A stretch of 64,000 bases of DNA, from NCBI GenBank assembly GCA_951406725.2, contig OX597814.1:84196001-84260000 (forward strand), in the 5' to 3' direction. Both the position numbers and the translations under genes were made by a program. Within the stretch, counting starts at the first letter, position 1, and the number at the start of each line of letters is the position of its first letter. The stretch comes from Octopus vulgaris (Eukaryota). Below are positions 28,051 to 41,710 of the stretch, piece after piece. The notes below the pieces were generated by a model. It saw nothing but the letters and a program-made list of their open reading frames with translations. It ran no database searches and was not told the origin of the DNA.

Positions 28051-28589
28051 TTTCTTTCGATGACATTACTTTGCCGATAAACTGACTGAACAGTATTTTA
28101 GATTAATTGTTGTTTGTGTGTATGTATCTATGTATATAAGTATGTATGTATGTATGTATGTATGTATGTATGTATGTATGTATGTATGTATGTATGTATG
28201 TATGTATGTGTGTGTGTGTGAAGGGGATTGATTAATGGATGGATGGATGGATGGATAATTCTCCATCGGTTTCGATTATGAGGATTCAGTTGCTCCATCA
28301 GCTTTCTCATTGAAGTAATGTGTAAAGGGCTTGACACACCAAAGACACATTTCCCTTTAATGCAATTGTCGTGCAGATACAGCGTGACAAACAGATTATG
28401 ACAAGGCTGTAACTTTGAATGACAGATACAATCCGTGCGGCGAGCTTCTATAACTTTTTTGTCTACCCATTTGACTCACAAGCCAAAGGGTCGACCCGAG
28501 ATTGCATAATATAGAGTAGCATTTGCTCAAGGTGTTACGCAAAACGACCCAACGTGGTGCCTCGTTGTGAAACAAAAACTTCTCAAACA

Positions 28590-28870
28590 TTCGGTCATGC
28601 TGCGTCTACCGTGCTTATTCGAAGAAAAACAATGGCTCGCTTCGACATAGAAGTCTATAGAAAGATCCATACTAGATATATCTGTGAGGCTTACAGACAA
28701 CACGTGAACCCGTGCAGTTGCCGTGTGGCATCCAAGAGATTGGAAGAAATTACTTGGAAGACCTCCAAGAGAATGGGAAGATGCCATAGTAATAAAAAAA
28801 AAGAAACGATCCAAATGGTAAAGAAGGATACAGTCAAAGGAAGAATGTGACTAATGACGTGTAAGGACAT
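28590..28870 (+). mobile_element. RTE-type LINE 3' fragment
   Basis: RLTDNT*TRAVAVWHPRDWKKLLGRPPREWED. Confidence 0.62.
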
Positions 28871-29179
28871 CAGATAGTCTTGTCGATAGAGTGGGGTTTA
28901 AGTCCAACTATATTCAATTTTCTCCGATATGAAAGAAAGAATTTACTCTTTTACTGGTGTCAGTCATTTGACTGCGGCCATGCTGGAGCACCGCCTTAGT
29001 TGAATAAATCGATCCCAGGACTTATTCTTTGTAAGCCGAGTACTTACTCTATCAGTCTCTTTTGCCGAACCGCTAATTTACGGAGCAACATCGGTTGTCA
29101 GGCGATGGTGAGGGAAGAAGCACATCGACCGCTAGCCACTAAGCCTTTTTATTCTCTCTCTGTTTATTTTCTCGTGTTC

Positions 29180-29215
29180 CTTTCTGTTGAAAAGCGTAGG
29201 CTCGAAACGTAAAAG
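29180..29215 (+). ncRNA. Degenerate minimal hammerhead-like motif
   Basis: CUUU-CUGUUGA-A-AAGC(GUAG)GCUC-GAAA-CG-UA-AAAG: perfect stem I, A6U change in the core. Confidence 0.5.
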
Positions 29216-29300
29216 ACTTTCTCACCTTCCCGAGCGTTAAACTAATACACCTGTTTGTTGTTTATACACATGTCCTGGTCTTTTGTTCTTTTGTAAATTC

Positions 29301-29340
<40 letters not shown>

Positions 29341-29519
29341 GACGGGCTTCTTTCAGTTTCCGCCTACCAACTCCACTCACAAGGCTTTGGTCGGGCCGAG
29401 GCTATAATAGAAGGTGCGACGCAAAGAGACTGAACCCGGAACCATGTGGTTGGGAAGCAAACTCCTTACCACTCAGCCACTCTTGCGCCTATTAGTTTCG
29501 TATTAAGATTTTTTTATGA

Positions 29520-30240
29520 CAACGTAGAGGCACTGTTCCCTTTTTAAGTTGATTAAAACGTTTATCATATACGTAATTCTTTCAAGACATATCAATAATT
29601 TTAATAACATACTTTGTCCCTAAGGAAAAGCAAAGAAGATCAGCGGAATAACGAATTAAAAGAAACGGGGAAAATTTTAGAGATTCTTAAGGTTCCAAAT
29701 TCGATGTCAATTTAGAATACGAATCTGTGAAAGGTGTTTCAACATGAATAAAAAAAAATACAGGAGACAGTGTTATCTGTAGTAAATATCGACTCATAAA
29801 TTAAATTTAAAGGTTTAGAGCAATAATTATGTTCTGGATATATTCATCCAGTAAGGATTATGTAAGGAAATAACAATGAATTAATTTACATGACATCTGC
29901 AGAGAAGAATTGATTAGTAATGTGCGAGTAGGATTAAAGGTTTAATTCCATGGATCAAACTCTATCTAAGTGATGCCAGTTTACCTTTTGTTTTAGAAAG
30001 AGAGATCGGTTTCCATAGCTAATAATATTTCTCAAGGACAAACATTCCAGAAAGTTGCATTATTTCTTTGTGAACCAGTATTTTCTCAAGAACAAATTGT
30101 ATGAACTCTAGATAGCTTTTTCTAAAGCACGCTCATTTCTTGACAAAAATATAAAATTATTAGCTAACAACACTCGGGTAAGAGGATTTGACAAGTGTAT
30201 AATAAAGAATATTGTTTATAAGTGATGTTAACGTCAAACA
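29520..30240 (+). mobile_element. Decayed Helitron Pif1-helicase C-terminal remnant
   Basis: LPFVL, SQGQTFQKVALFLCEPVFS, AFSKARS and KNIVYK correspond to Helitron helicase motifs V/VI and the C-terminus. Confidence 0.7.
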
Positions 30241-31011
30241 CAGAACCTCCAGTAACACCTACCTGGACTTTACATTATCTTCAAGAAATAACCACTTCAC
30301 AAAAATACAATTTCAAAAGAAAACTATGTATTTCATGGCTCTCTATAAACCTTCAAAAGTAAGGTAGCTAGCTGGCAGAATCGTTAGCACGCCAGGAGAA
30401 ATGCTTAGCGGTATTTCGTCTGCCGTTACGTTCTGAGTTCAAATTCCGCCGAGGTCGACTTTGCCTTTCATCCTTTCGGGGTCGATTAAATAAGTACCAG
30501 TTACGCACTGGGGTCGATGTAATCGTCTTAATCCGTGTGCCTTTCCTTGTTTTTTACCCTCTGTGTTTAGACCCTTGTGGGTAGTAAAGAAATAGGTATT
30601 TCATCTGCCGTTATGTTCTGAGTTCAAATTCCACCGATGTCGACTTTGCCTTTCATCCTTTCGGGATCGATGAAATAAGTACCAATTATTCATTGGGATC
30701 GATGTAATCAGCTAGCACCATTCCTCCAAACTTTTCAAGTTCCAAGAGTAGAAATTATAAACCTTCAAACGTTTTACACTTTTCAAAATAACCGTAGAAT
30801 TTCAACGATTATTTTATTTCTCAATGTTTTATCCATAATGTCTGTAAAATCTTTGTCATTAATTCTTATCAATCATTGTTAGTTATAAGTTTTCACTAAA
30901 ATTAATACACATTTTCTAATACACAAACCCCTCAACACACACATATATACAAATACATAGAAATACAGACTAACATACTGAATAGACTGTCAAACATAGA
31001 AAGATAGATGT

Positions 31012-31075
<64 letters not shown>

Positions 31076-31440
31076 GCAGACAGACAGACAGACAGACAGA
31101 TAGATAGACATACATAAACGTTTTTAAATATATAGATTTACAAATAGACTGACAGGTTGATAATAAACGTTTGCGTGGCCACATAAACATACATACGGAC
31201 GGACAGACGGACAGACAAACAGATAGGTAAACAGGCAAACAGGCAGAAAGTTAGATAGACAAACATATTGATAAACAACCGTGGTCATTTGTTTAGACAC
31301 CGACAGGATAAGAACAAACTTTAAAAAATATGTATCGAAGTGAATTTCATCGACCAAATTACTCTTTAACGCGGTACCTCAACAAGAGCGTAGTCCAATG
31401 ACAAAAACGAGTAAAATAATATAAGAATAAAAATACACAT

Positions 31441-31632
31441 CTATGGGGGTGGGGTGAAAATTTTATATTCTGACTATGAAGTATCAGGCTAGAGCTGTGA
31501 AATCTTGCACGCATTAATTTCAAATCTTCTTATCAGTAACTGCAATGTTTCTTCCCAGGTAAGCTGACTGTTCAAAGAAGACTTCAAAAGTAACTAGTGG
31601 CGACTTTTCTTGAAAATGGACAAAATTCGGTA
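31441..31632 (+). mobile_element. Probable mariner 5' end fragment
   Basis: TA-GGGGGTGGGGTGAAAA terminus-like start, leading to a truncated ATG GAC AAA ATT; recognised by resemblance only. Confidence 0.4.
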
Positions 31633-31637
31633 TGTAA

Positions 31638-31676
<39 letters not shown>

Positions 31677-31678
31677 TA

Positions 31679-32800
31679 CTAGCAAAAATACCCGGCGTTG
31701 CCCGGGTTAAAGGGAATAATGAAATTTTAAAATGCCGTCTAGATTACGCAGGTTTCAACTGCTAGTAGCTGTGATACCTACTTTCTACATTGATAACTGT
31801 CCAATCCATACCAGCATGGAACATAGACGTAAAGTGAAATGCTAAAAGAAAGTTTTCAATTCATATATGTATATAAAGTAAATACACGAAATTCAAAAAC
31901 ACGTTTCGTGTAGCTTACTTATTTCGTAACCAAAAAACAGGTACAGATTATAAACAATGAACGACCGATGTTGATGATTCATTTGACAGAGGTAGTAGAG
32001 AGTCAATCCGATGATAAATCTGACCTTGGATCTTTAAAGTTTGCATGAATCCTGGCTCAGTTAAATCTGTTGTGGCTTCAAATGATGTCATCTGTAGTGC
32101 AGCGTTGTATTGTCTAATTTTGTTTTGGAAATGCTTGGAATCTTGGTCAGTTTCTTCAATGGCTCTGGAGGTTGGGGGTTTTGCAGGGAGTTTAACCTAT
32201 CCACCACTGCAGCACAGTGCAGGTGTCTCTCCAGGCCACTTCCTTGCTTTACGATGTATACACTCAGTTGCCATTGCACCAATGGAAACTTTAGTGTCAT
32301 CTGCATAATGAACTGCTGGATCATAATTGAAAGCTGTTCCATAGAAGTTGCTTCTCTGAGCTGTTGTAACTACTCTTCGTTCTGTAGTGGAGTTCCTATT
32401 CCTTGTCAGCCGTGCATACCTCTGTTCCTCACTTTGAGATGCTCTGGCTTTGTAGTGCACAGTCTGTTCTTTTCTTGGTATGCTTCCCTTTCTTCAGCTG
32501 TCTCTCTTTCCCTGAACAGAGACATTCTTCTGGATGATCTTGACATTGCAGACACATTTGACTCTTTCCTTCTCGGTATGGTTTATTTACATGATATATA
32601 TTATATATTTTTTATATGCTTCCTATATATATATATATATATTATATATTTTTATATACCTATATATTTTTATATACCTATATATTTTTATATATTACTT
32701 TATATTATATTTTTACTTTCTAGGTGTTGTAATGTTTTTTTAAAAAAACCTATTTTTCTGAATCGCTAAAGTATTAACTCTAAACCGTGATGAACTTTCT
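31679..32800 (-). mobile_element. Internally deleted Helitron
   Basis: Canonical 3' end: hairpin ACCCGG-GCAACG-CCGGGT (31707-31690), then CTAG|T. Body encodes a RepHel N-terminus (IGAMATEC..KWPGETPALCCSGG, HFQNKIRQYNAALQMTSF, KIQGQIYHRIDSLLP). 5' boundary uncertain. Confidence 0.85.
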
Positions 32801-32949
32801 TCTCGCACCTTATTATATGCTTATATGCTTGTACAGATGAATTATGTTCCATCTTGCGGGATGTTTATATGTATATTCTATGATTAAATGTTCGAATTAT
32901 GAAATGCTATGCGGATGACCTTGCATTTGTTTGTTCTATAACCTTAGTT

Positions 32950-33010
<61 letters not shown>

Positions 33011-33196
33011 TATCAAGCGATGAAAATGAGTGCTCAACACTGATAGAATATCTTTTTTGTGCACTAATGCTACCATTCGTTTCATGCTAAGAAATATAGG
33101 AAAATATCTTAATATCTTAACAATTTTTCAAACCAGTCATATGGAGGAATGGTGTTCGTTTTCATTTTTGGATAAAAACACAGTCTCTCTCTCTCT

Positions 33197-33244
<48 letters not shown>

Positions 33245-33248
<4 letters not shown>

Positions 33249-33597
33249 CAGTGTACATTTAAACACATAAAGTATCCACTCGTGGGATTCAATACGCTAG
33301 AAAGAACAGCCAGGTTCTATAACCACAAAATTAAGGATAAAATCCGACAGGAACGGAAGGAAAAAATTAAAACTTTTACCATCTAGTTTCCTGGACCAAT
33401 TGGTGTCTGATTTTAGTTTAGCAAATAAATAATATTCGCTAGGTGAAATCTTCGTCAATAGGTACACCTTAGATTAAATATTTAATCTAAGGTGTACCTG
33501 TTTATCCTTAATTTTGTGGTTGTAGAACCTAGCTGTTCTCTGTAGCGTATTGAATCCCACGAGTGGATTCCTTATGTGTTTAAATGTACACTGTATT
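33245..33597. repeat. 97-bp inverted repeat plus an internal perfect 40-bp palindrome
   Basis: 33245-33341 versus 33501-33597 (few mismatches); AGGTACACCTTAGATTAAAT|ATTTAATCTAAGGTGTACCT at 33460-33499. Confidence 0.92.
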
Positions 33598-34189
33598 TTA
33601 TGAGTATTACATTCTCTTTGGACTAAATTTTTACAGGCTAGGCCACTGGAAGTGAAAATTTCTATTAATTTCCATTTCCCTTCGATATGATTAAGTATAT
33701 ATATATATATATACACATACATACATACATACATACATACATACATACATACATACATACATACATACATACATACATACATACATACATGCATACATAC
33801 ATACATACAAACAGGCGGTGCTCCAGCATGGCCGCAGTCAATGACTGAAACAAGTAAAAGAATAAAAGGACAAACATACATACATTTATACACATCTATG
33901 TATGTATGTATGTATGTATGTATGTATATGTATGTGTGTTTTATTGAAACTGAAAAACTTCATTACCTCTGACTCATAGTTGTATGTAACCGATCATCGC
34001 ACCATATTTTGATCTAACTTTGGTATTTGAGTACTATTTTCACTTTCTTTTGCACCTGTATGCTTGCACGTGAGTGTATGTGTATACTGTGTACGTATTT
34101 GTGCGTGCGTGAAAGCGTGTGTATGTGCGTGTGTGTGTCTGTGCACAGAGAGATAGACTGATAGGTAGATAGATAGATGGATAGATAGT

Positions 34190-34257
<68 letters not shown>

Positions 34258-34963
34258 GGGAAGAGAGAGAAAAGAATGTGTGTATGCGTGTGCGCGTGTG
34301 TGTGTGTGTACGTGCGTGTGTGTATGTTTGAGTGTGTGTATGCGTGTGTGTGCGTGTGTGTATGTTTGAGTGTGTGTGTGCGTGTGTGTGTGTGCGTGTG
34401 TGTGTGTGCGTGCGTGCGTGCGTGTGTGTGTGTGTGTGTGTGTATGTGTGTGTGTGCGTGCGTGTGTGTGTGTATTTCCTTTTGGACTTATTTAGATTCT
34501 TTCGTCTGGAGGATTCACATTGGCCACTAACCGATGTTTCAGTCGTTTCAGTAAAGACAAATCTTGAGGGTTTGTGGTTGTCTGAATCGGGTTTGTTGGT
34601 GAGTCTATATATGCATGTTTTTGCTCATCGATAATTCGTATCTGTGTTATGGATATGTATTTATCTTGAGCATACAAGAGCCTATGCTTCACACTTTTGC
34701 TTCTTTAGTTTACAAGTGTTTGTATGTTCATGCATTCCATCAGCATATGCAGATGTGTTCTTATTCTAGAGCAGGAAATTCACATATGGGAGCTAGCCTA
34801 GAGCATTTAAGCATATATGTATGCATGCATATATGCATGCAAGTATGTATTACGTATGTATGTATGTATGGATGCATGTACGTGTGCATATGCGTTTGTA
34901 TGCATGTATGTATAAATGTGTGTGGGTGTAAGTCAAAGGAGTGTTAGGTAACAATTCGATATA

Positions 34964-35028
<65 letters not shown>

Positions 35029-35964
35029 GTATGTATGTATGTATGCAGGTAGTTATGTATGTATGCATGTATGTGTGTATGTGTGTGTACGTATGTATGT
35101 ATGTATGTTTGCATGCATGTGTGTATGTGTGTATGTATGTATGTATGTAGGTATGTATGTTATGTATGCATGTAGGTATGTATGTATGCATGTATGTGTG
35201 TATGTGTGTATGTATGTATGTATGTATGTACGTATGTATGTTTGCATGCATGTGTGTATGTGTGTATGTATGTGTGTATGTATGTATGTATGTATGCATG
35301 CATGTGTGTATGTGTGTATGTATATATGTACATTGTTCATTTTTCTCTTATCTACATGAATTTATAGCATTTTGCATTTTCTTCCCTCTCTCCTTTTTTT
35401 CTATATTATCTCTTCATCATTTTCATTTGTTCAATCGCGCCATGTTTGCCCCATCTTTGCGCTTCTGCTAGTAACTCTCCTTCTCCACTCTCATTTTCTT
35501 TCCTTATCTAACACTCTCTTCTCACTCTTCTTTCTCTTATGTCTCCTCTTACTCTCATCTCGTTCTCTACTCTTATCATCTCTGCTACTACTACTACTAC
35601 TACCACCACCACCACCACCACAACTTCCTACTGCTCCTTCATCTGTAACATCGCTACTATATAAACCCGTAGCATCACCTTCATCGTTTCACCTCCAATG
35701 TTATCACCATCACCACACCGCCATAATACAAACTTATTCAAGTGAATACTTCAGAATTATTCAATTGGTTTCATTAAAATATGACCCAAAGCCTAGTTTT
35801 TTTCCTGAGTGCGTGAGCGAGTGGGTGTGTTTATATATGTTTGTGAGTGTGTGTATACGCAAATATACTCGTGTGTGTGTGTGTGTGCATGTGCACTTTT
35901 GTACGCATGTATTGATGTGTATGTACATGTGATATTCATGTGTCTATACTTGCGTATGCCTTTA

Positions 35965-36025
<61 letters not shown>

Positions 36026-36419
36026 GTCTGTGAATATTTGTACGTCTGTGAACGTGTAGATGTGTATATGGATATCCGTATATCCGTGCACATGCATGCG
36101 TATACATATGTGTGCATGAGGATGAATGCATGTGCATATGCACGTGCTTATACGTACAAGTTTGTAGCCATTTAATGTATTTTCTTGGACGTGTGTATAA
36201 ATGTGTATGTGTGTGTGTGTGTTTGCATGAGAGAGAGAGGGAGAATGAAAAAATGGATGAGAGATTAGTACTTCGTATTCTGCCAGTACCACTGCAATTT
36301 GTCTTCCTATCTGATCGCTCCGTTCAAACGTGTACAGACGGAGATCTTTTTTTTTATCCCTCATTCTATCAACGCCGGCGTGCCCAACAGTTGGCTTTTC
36401 CCTTCATCTTGTTCCTTGT

Positions 36420-36960
36420 ATACGTCAATGACTCACACTTGCTACGACATCCATTGACACCCACTCTTACACGGGTAACTCTTCCTCCCTGTCTTTCCCC
36501 TGTCACAACCTACATGCCATATGCCAGATGCCAGACGCCAAACCCACACACTTACTCTAAACAGTAATACTGAAAGTATCCTCCACTAGGGATATTCTAA
36601 TCTTGTCTCTTTCAAAAGCAAGGAAACACTAACGCTACTGATATCAAGAAAACGTCACAACCTACTTAATCCTTTGAAGCACGCAGCTAGAACCCCCTCA
36701 AATTGCTCCAATTATTGGGTTTCACTCACAATAGATCTTTAACACAGTAAGGACCACATCCCAAAAACAGGTCCTTCTCTTCAAAGCCAGAATGCAATTC
36801 ATCGCTTGCAAATATTCTACAAACCTCAGGTGCAGCCCACAATATAGTATTGCTTTAAAATCTGGGGCAGTGCTGCTGTACATTGACATACTAAACTGGA
36901 CTCAGAAAAAAAGTTACCAGTCTGATTCCTTAATGGCCTTTGTACTCTACTCCAACGTTC
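36420..36960 (+). mobile_element. L2/CR1-group LINE fragment, related to 6575-6960
   Basis: FYKPQVQPTI*YCFKIWGSAA..DIL, heavily decayed. Confidence 0.5.
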
Positions 36961-37696
36961 CTTAATGGTGTTAACACACTAGATCTGTATTCGAGAATGA
37001 ATTACGATCGGCTGCTTGTGATTGATGGAATGTACAACGGTTTTATCCCGCCTAAAACTCATGACAATTCAGTGGATATATTTCTCAGACATGATAAGTA
37101 ATTTTCTGAATATATAAAGGTGATGTAAGTCTGCAAAGGGTCCACAGGCTGACCGTCACGTGATGGCCTTCTACGTTGGTTTGTAGTTTGTCGATAAGTA
37201 AAGGTCTGATTCTGAGTTAGACGGGTACCTCTCCTTTTTTTTATTTGTTTCAGTCATTAGACTGAAGCAATGCTGGAGCACCACCTACAGGAATTTTGTC
37301 GATTGAACAAACCTCAGTTCTTATTTTCCTTTTTTTAAACCTGGTACTTATTCAATCGGACATAATCACACCGCCACCGGTCGTCAAGCGGTGGTGGTGG
37401 ACAACACAAATACAAAGACGCACACACACGCATATATATAAATATATATAATTATTCTTTTACTTGTTTCAGTCATTTGAATGCGGCCATGCTGGAGCAC
37501 CGCCTTTCGTCGAGCAAATCGACCCCAGGACTTATTCTTTGTAAGCCTAGTACTATCGTTCTCTTTTGCCGAACAGTTTACATTAATTTTGTGTATATAC
37601 ATTAGCGAATCGCAAAATCATCCATTAATTTGGATGACGAAAATATATATGCTAATAGAGAAGCATATCGGAAATAACCGAACACCTGGCTGGTTT

Positions 37697-37743
37697 AACT
37701 GATGATGGCAACAGAAATTGCCGAAAACTGACGCATCGGTATT
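37697..37743 (+). ncRNA. Hammerhead-like motif with a full stem III but weak stem I
   Basis: CUGAUGA-U-GGCAA(CAGAAA)UUGCC-GAAA-ACUGA(CGCA)UCGGU-A; one extra A in the GAAA tract; stem I only 2 bp. Confidence 0.5.
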
Positions 37744-37958
37744 TTTCGGACAATTATGATCCCTGTTATTCTTTTATTTGAATGCGACCATGCTGAAGCA
37801 CCGCCTTTAGTCGAACAAATCGACCCCAGGATTTATTTTTTGTAAGCCTAGAACTTATTCTATCGGTTTCTTTTGCCGTACCGCTAAGTTACGGAGACTT
37901 AAACGCACCAACATCGGTTGTCAAGCGATGGTGGGGGGACAAACACAGACACACAAAA

Positions 37959-37997
<39 letters not shown>

Positions 37998-38097
37998 CAC
38001 AAGAGAAACTGAAGATTTCTCACACTACTGTAAATCCTTCATTGCTATGTATTGAGTACCTTACTTACTGTGGTTAACCCCGAATCAACCCGGGACC

Positions 38098-38153
<56 letters not shown>

Positions 38154-38530
38154 ACACGCTTCTTTCGGTTTCCGTCTACCAAATCTGCTCACAAGGCTTT
38201 GGTTGGCTCGGGGCTGTAGTAGAAGACACTTGCCCCAGGTGCCACGCAGTTCTGGGACTGAAGCTGGAACCACATGGTTAGGCAGCAATCTTCTTACCAG
38301 CAGCCATGCCTGCGCATTCAATTTATTTATTGCTTAATATCAAAATCGTGTGTGTGTGAGAGAGAAAGGGAGATAAAGAGGGAGAGAGTGTGTGTAAAGG
38401 AGAGAGGGAGAGGGTGTGTGTAAAGGAGAGAGGGAGAGAGTGTGTGTAAAGGAGAGAGGGAGAGAGTGTGTGTGTTTGTGAAAGAGAATGTGCGAAAGAG
38501 TGAGTGGGAGAATAAGTGTGAGACAGAGAG

Positions 38531-38589
<59 letters not shown>

Positions 38590-39057
38590 GCCGCAGTTGT
38601 GCCTTACAGGTGGTTAACAACTGATCAAAGATGAAATATTTCCCACTCCTAAACAGGAAGTCAAGTATTTGAGATGTAGTTTGATGATGTTATTGATGAG
38701 ATGTCACCATGCACAATTAGCGGAACTTTTGAAGTTTGCAGACAAAAGAGACACCCCGGAAATGGTCGAACGTCCTTCACACTGCAATGGAGAATCCTGA
38801 CCAAAGATTTAAGGAAACCGAGACTGGAGTGTAATACGCAAGCAAATTTGACAAGTGTTCCAACCAGACACGTTGGGATGATTTGTTTAACGTCAAGGAT
38901 ATAAAAATATTGCTTTCTACAAAGTTCTCGAAATCAAAAGGTCACGACAGTAGAGCGAATACATGTCCAGACTGTCACTTTGGGCCACAGCTTACGATTC
39001 GTCTCTTAATCTTGGTGCGTTCACTATGTTTCTCGGCTAGCTATAACTGGAACAACA

Positions 39058-39113
<56 letters not shown>

Positions 39114-39689
39114 TTGGGGACATGTGCTGTAACAACGCATCGCTGAATCCACCATTTGTTGTGCTTTCCTACACCTGGCGGATGACATCTTTGCACCACT
39201 CAGGCGACAACCTTCCAACCTATGGGTCTATCATCAAGATTTATACAACAACTAATATTACTACTGCTGCTGCTGCTACTACTACAACTACTACCACCAC
39301 CACTACCACTACTATAAGTAATACTAATAATCCTTTCTACTATAGTCACAAGGCCTGAACTTTTGGGAGAGAGCGATAGTCGACTACCTCAACGCCAGTG
39401 TTCAACAAGTACTTAGTTTATCGACCCCGAAAGGAAGAAAATCGACCTCAGTGAAATTTGAACTCAGAACATAAACACAGCCGAAATGCCGCTAAGTATT
39501 TTGTCCGGCGTGCCAACGGTTCCGTCAGCTCGCCAACTTAATAATACTAACGATGGAAGATGCCATATAAGTGTTCAGTTTTGCTGAACGACCCGCACAA
39601 ATGATCAAATGTATATGTTGTACGTAAGCTCACTCCCTCCAGCAAATCGACTTTGCCTGTACAGGTGCACAAGTGTGCCACACGTCAGA

Positions 39690-41635
39690 TTTCGAAATGA
39701 GCTAGTATGTGGAAACGATGTAAAAACCAGAAAAGGAAAGATGAAGAGAAGAATTGCTTTCAGCAAAAGAAACACTGCAACAAAAAATCCAAGGAAAATC
39801 TCAAAGAATACGAAGATTTGAGAAAAGAAACAAATTTTACTAGCAAAATAAGCTGTTCACATCCAATGCGAAACATTCTACAGAGAAACGGGGAAGGAGA
39901 AAATAACCTTTGAAGAGCCCCCTGCTATGGAAGAAGTTGAAAACTTCTGGAAAATATCTGGAGTGATGAAAAGACTTGTATGTATGTATGATAGACTGGA
40001 GTAGACGCACAGAAGGATCCTACCAAAACTTACACGAACAAGCATGGGAAAATATCACAGTAGCAGACCTAAGAATGTCACTGGTAATGATAGGGTGCCA
40101 AATTTCTGGCTCGCCTCACTCCCGCACTGCGCACACGAAAAGTTAGTCCAGTTATTCAATGAAATTATGAGAGATCCTACGAAAACTCCTGATTGGTTAG
40201 CAAGAGATATTTCTTACCTACTCCCGAAGAATGATGAAACCAAATCTCCCCAAAACTATCGGCCCATCACATATCTATGTCTATAAATTTTAACGTCCAT
40301 CCTCGTGGACAAAACATACAAATTTATGGAACAGAAGCATATGGAACAGGCTCATATGGATGCAAAGACCAACTCTTAATCAATCGCATGATCCTTGAGA
40401 ACTGTCATAACAAACGTAGAAATCTCGGTTCTGCATGGATTGATTATAAAAAGGCTTTCGACAGTATACCGCATTCATGGATCTTGAAATCGCTGGATAT
40501 CTTCAAAATTTCTCCTGTGATTACAAACTTCCTGAAGCAGAACATGTCAATATGGAATACGAATCTCCAACTATACCACTCTAATGAAGTACTGACCACA
40601 AAAAAATATTAATATCAACTGCGGCATTTTCCAAGGTGACTCACTTTCACCTTTAATTTTCTACATAGCCCTAATACTCCTAGCAAGTGAACTTAACAGA
40701 ACAGGGTATGGATATAAAATTGGCGCCAAGAAAATAAGTCGTATGTTTTATATGGATGACTTAAAACTCTATGGCGAAGACGATAATGAGCTTGAAGGAC
40801 TACTACGTACTGTGAAAGCATTCATTGATGACATTGGGATGGAATTTGGCCTTGATAAATGTGCTAAGGTCACTTTCTAGAAAGGAAAACTGAAGACCTC
40901 ACATTCAGTGGAGATGAATGTTGAGACAATCATAAGAAAATTCGAGCAGAATACAAATCAAGACATGACAGAGTTGGCCAATATCTACACAGGATAATGT
41001 GTCGGCATTATGAAAATAAAACTCCTGACAAGTAGTAAAGTACCACCCTGAGGCTGCAACTGAGAGAGAAAATGTAACTATTGTTTGGGACTTTCCAGTA
41101 TGTACAGACCAGACCATAAAGCAAACAAACCCGATATTGTTGTGAAAGAACAAAACAATAAAGTCTGTTTACTGATTCACATGAACCATAATATCTCGGC
41201 AAAATAATTTGATAAGCTCAGAAAATATAAAGATTTGCTCATCGAAATCGAAAAGACGTGGCATCTCAAGACTGTTACAATACCAGTGATTGTAGGAGCA
41301 CTTGGAATAATCAAAAAAGGAACTGAAAATTATTTTAAAATGATCCCTGGCTTACCATCCATACAGGAAGTGCAAAAGATTGCCTTAACTAGTACGTCAC
41401 ACGTATTAAGAAGAGCATTGTCGTAGTGAATTTTCTTTCCCTTTTACCCCTTTTTCTTTGTTTACTTCTTTATTTTTTATTTTGTATTTTCTCTCTGTCA
41501 TTCTTCCCCTTTTCTCCATCACATGACTTTATAAATGAACAATTTGGTGTGTTTATTTTAATGGCCTACCATTTCTTGCCCTAGGTGTCAGGAAGACACT
41601 CGGCAAGAACTGGAAACAGAATTGAAAGAAGATGA
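39690..41635 (+). mobile_element. Older, internally deleted copy of the same Dong-like family
   Basis: Pieces VPNFWLASLP, NYRPIT, GCKDQLLINRMILENC, YMDDLKLY, RHDRVGQ and IPVIVGALG match the 49352 copy. Many frameshifts; deletion near 40955. Same 3' end, followed by (TAA)n at 41641-41712. Confidence 0.88.
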
Positions 41636-41640
41636 TGATG

Positions 41641-41710
<70 letters not shown>

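Noticed and set aside
31540-31565. TTTCTTCCCAG|GTAAGC recursive-splice-site-like motif
   Set aside because: Lies inside a probable mariner 5' fragment, with no supported plus-strand transcript.
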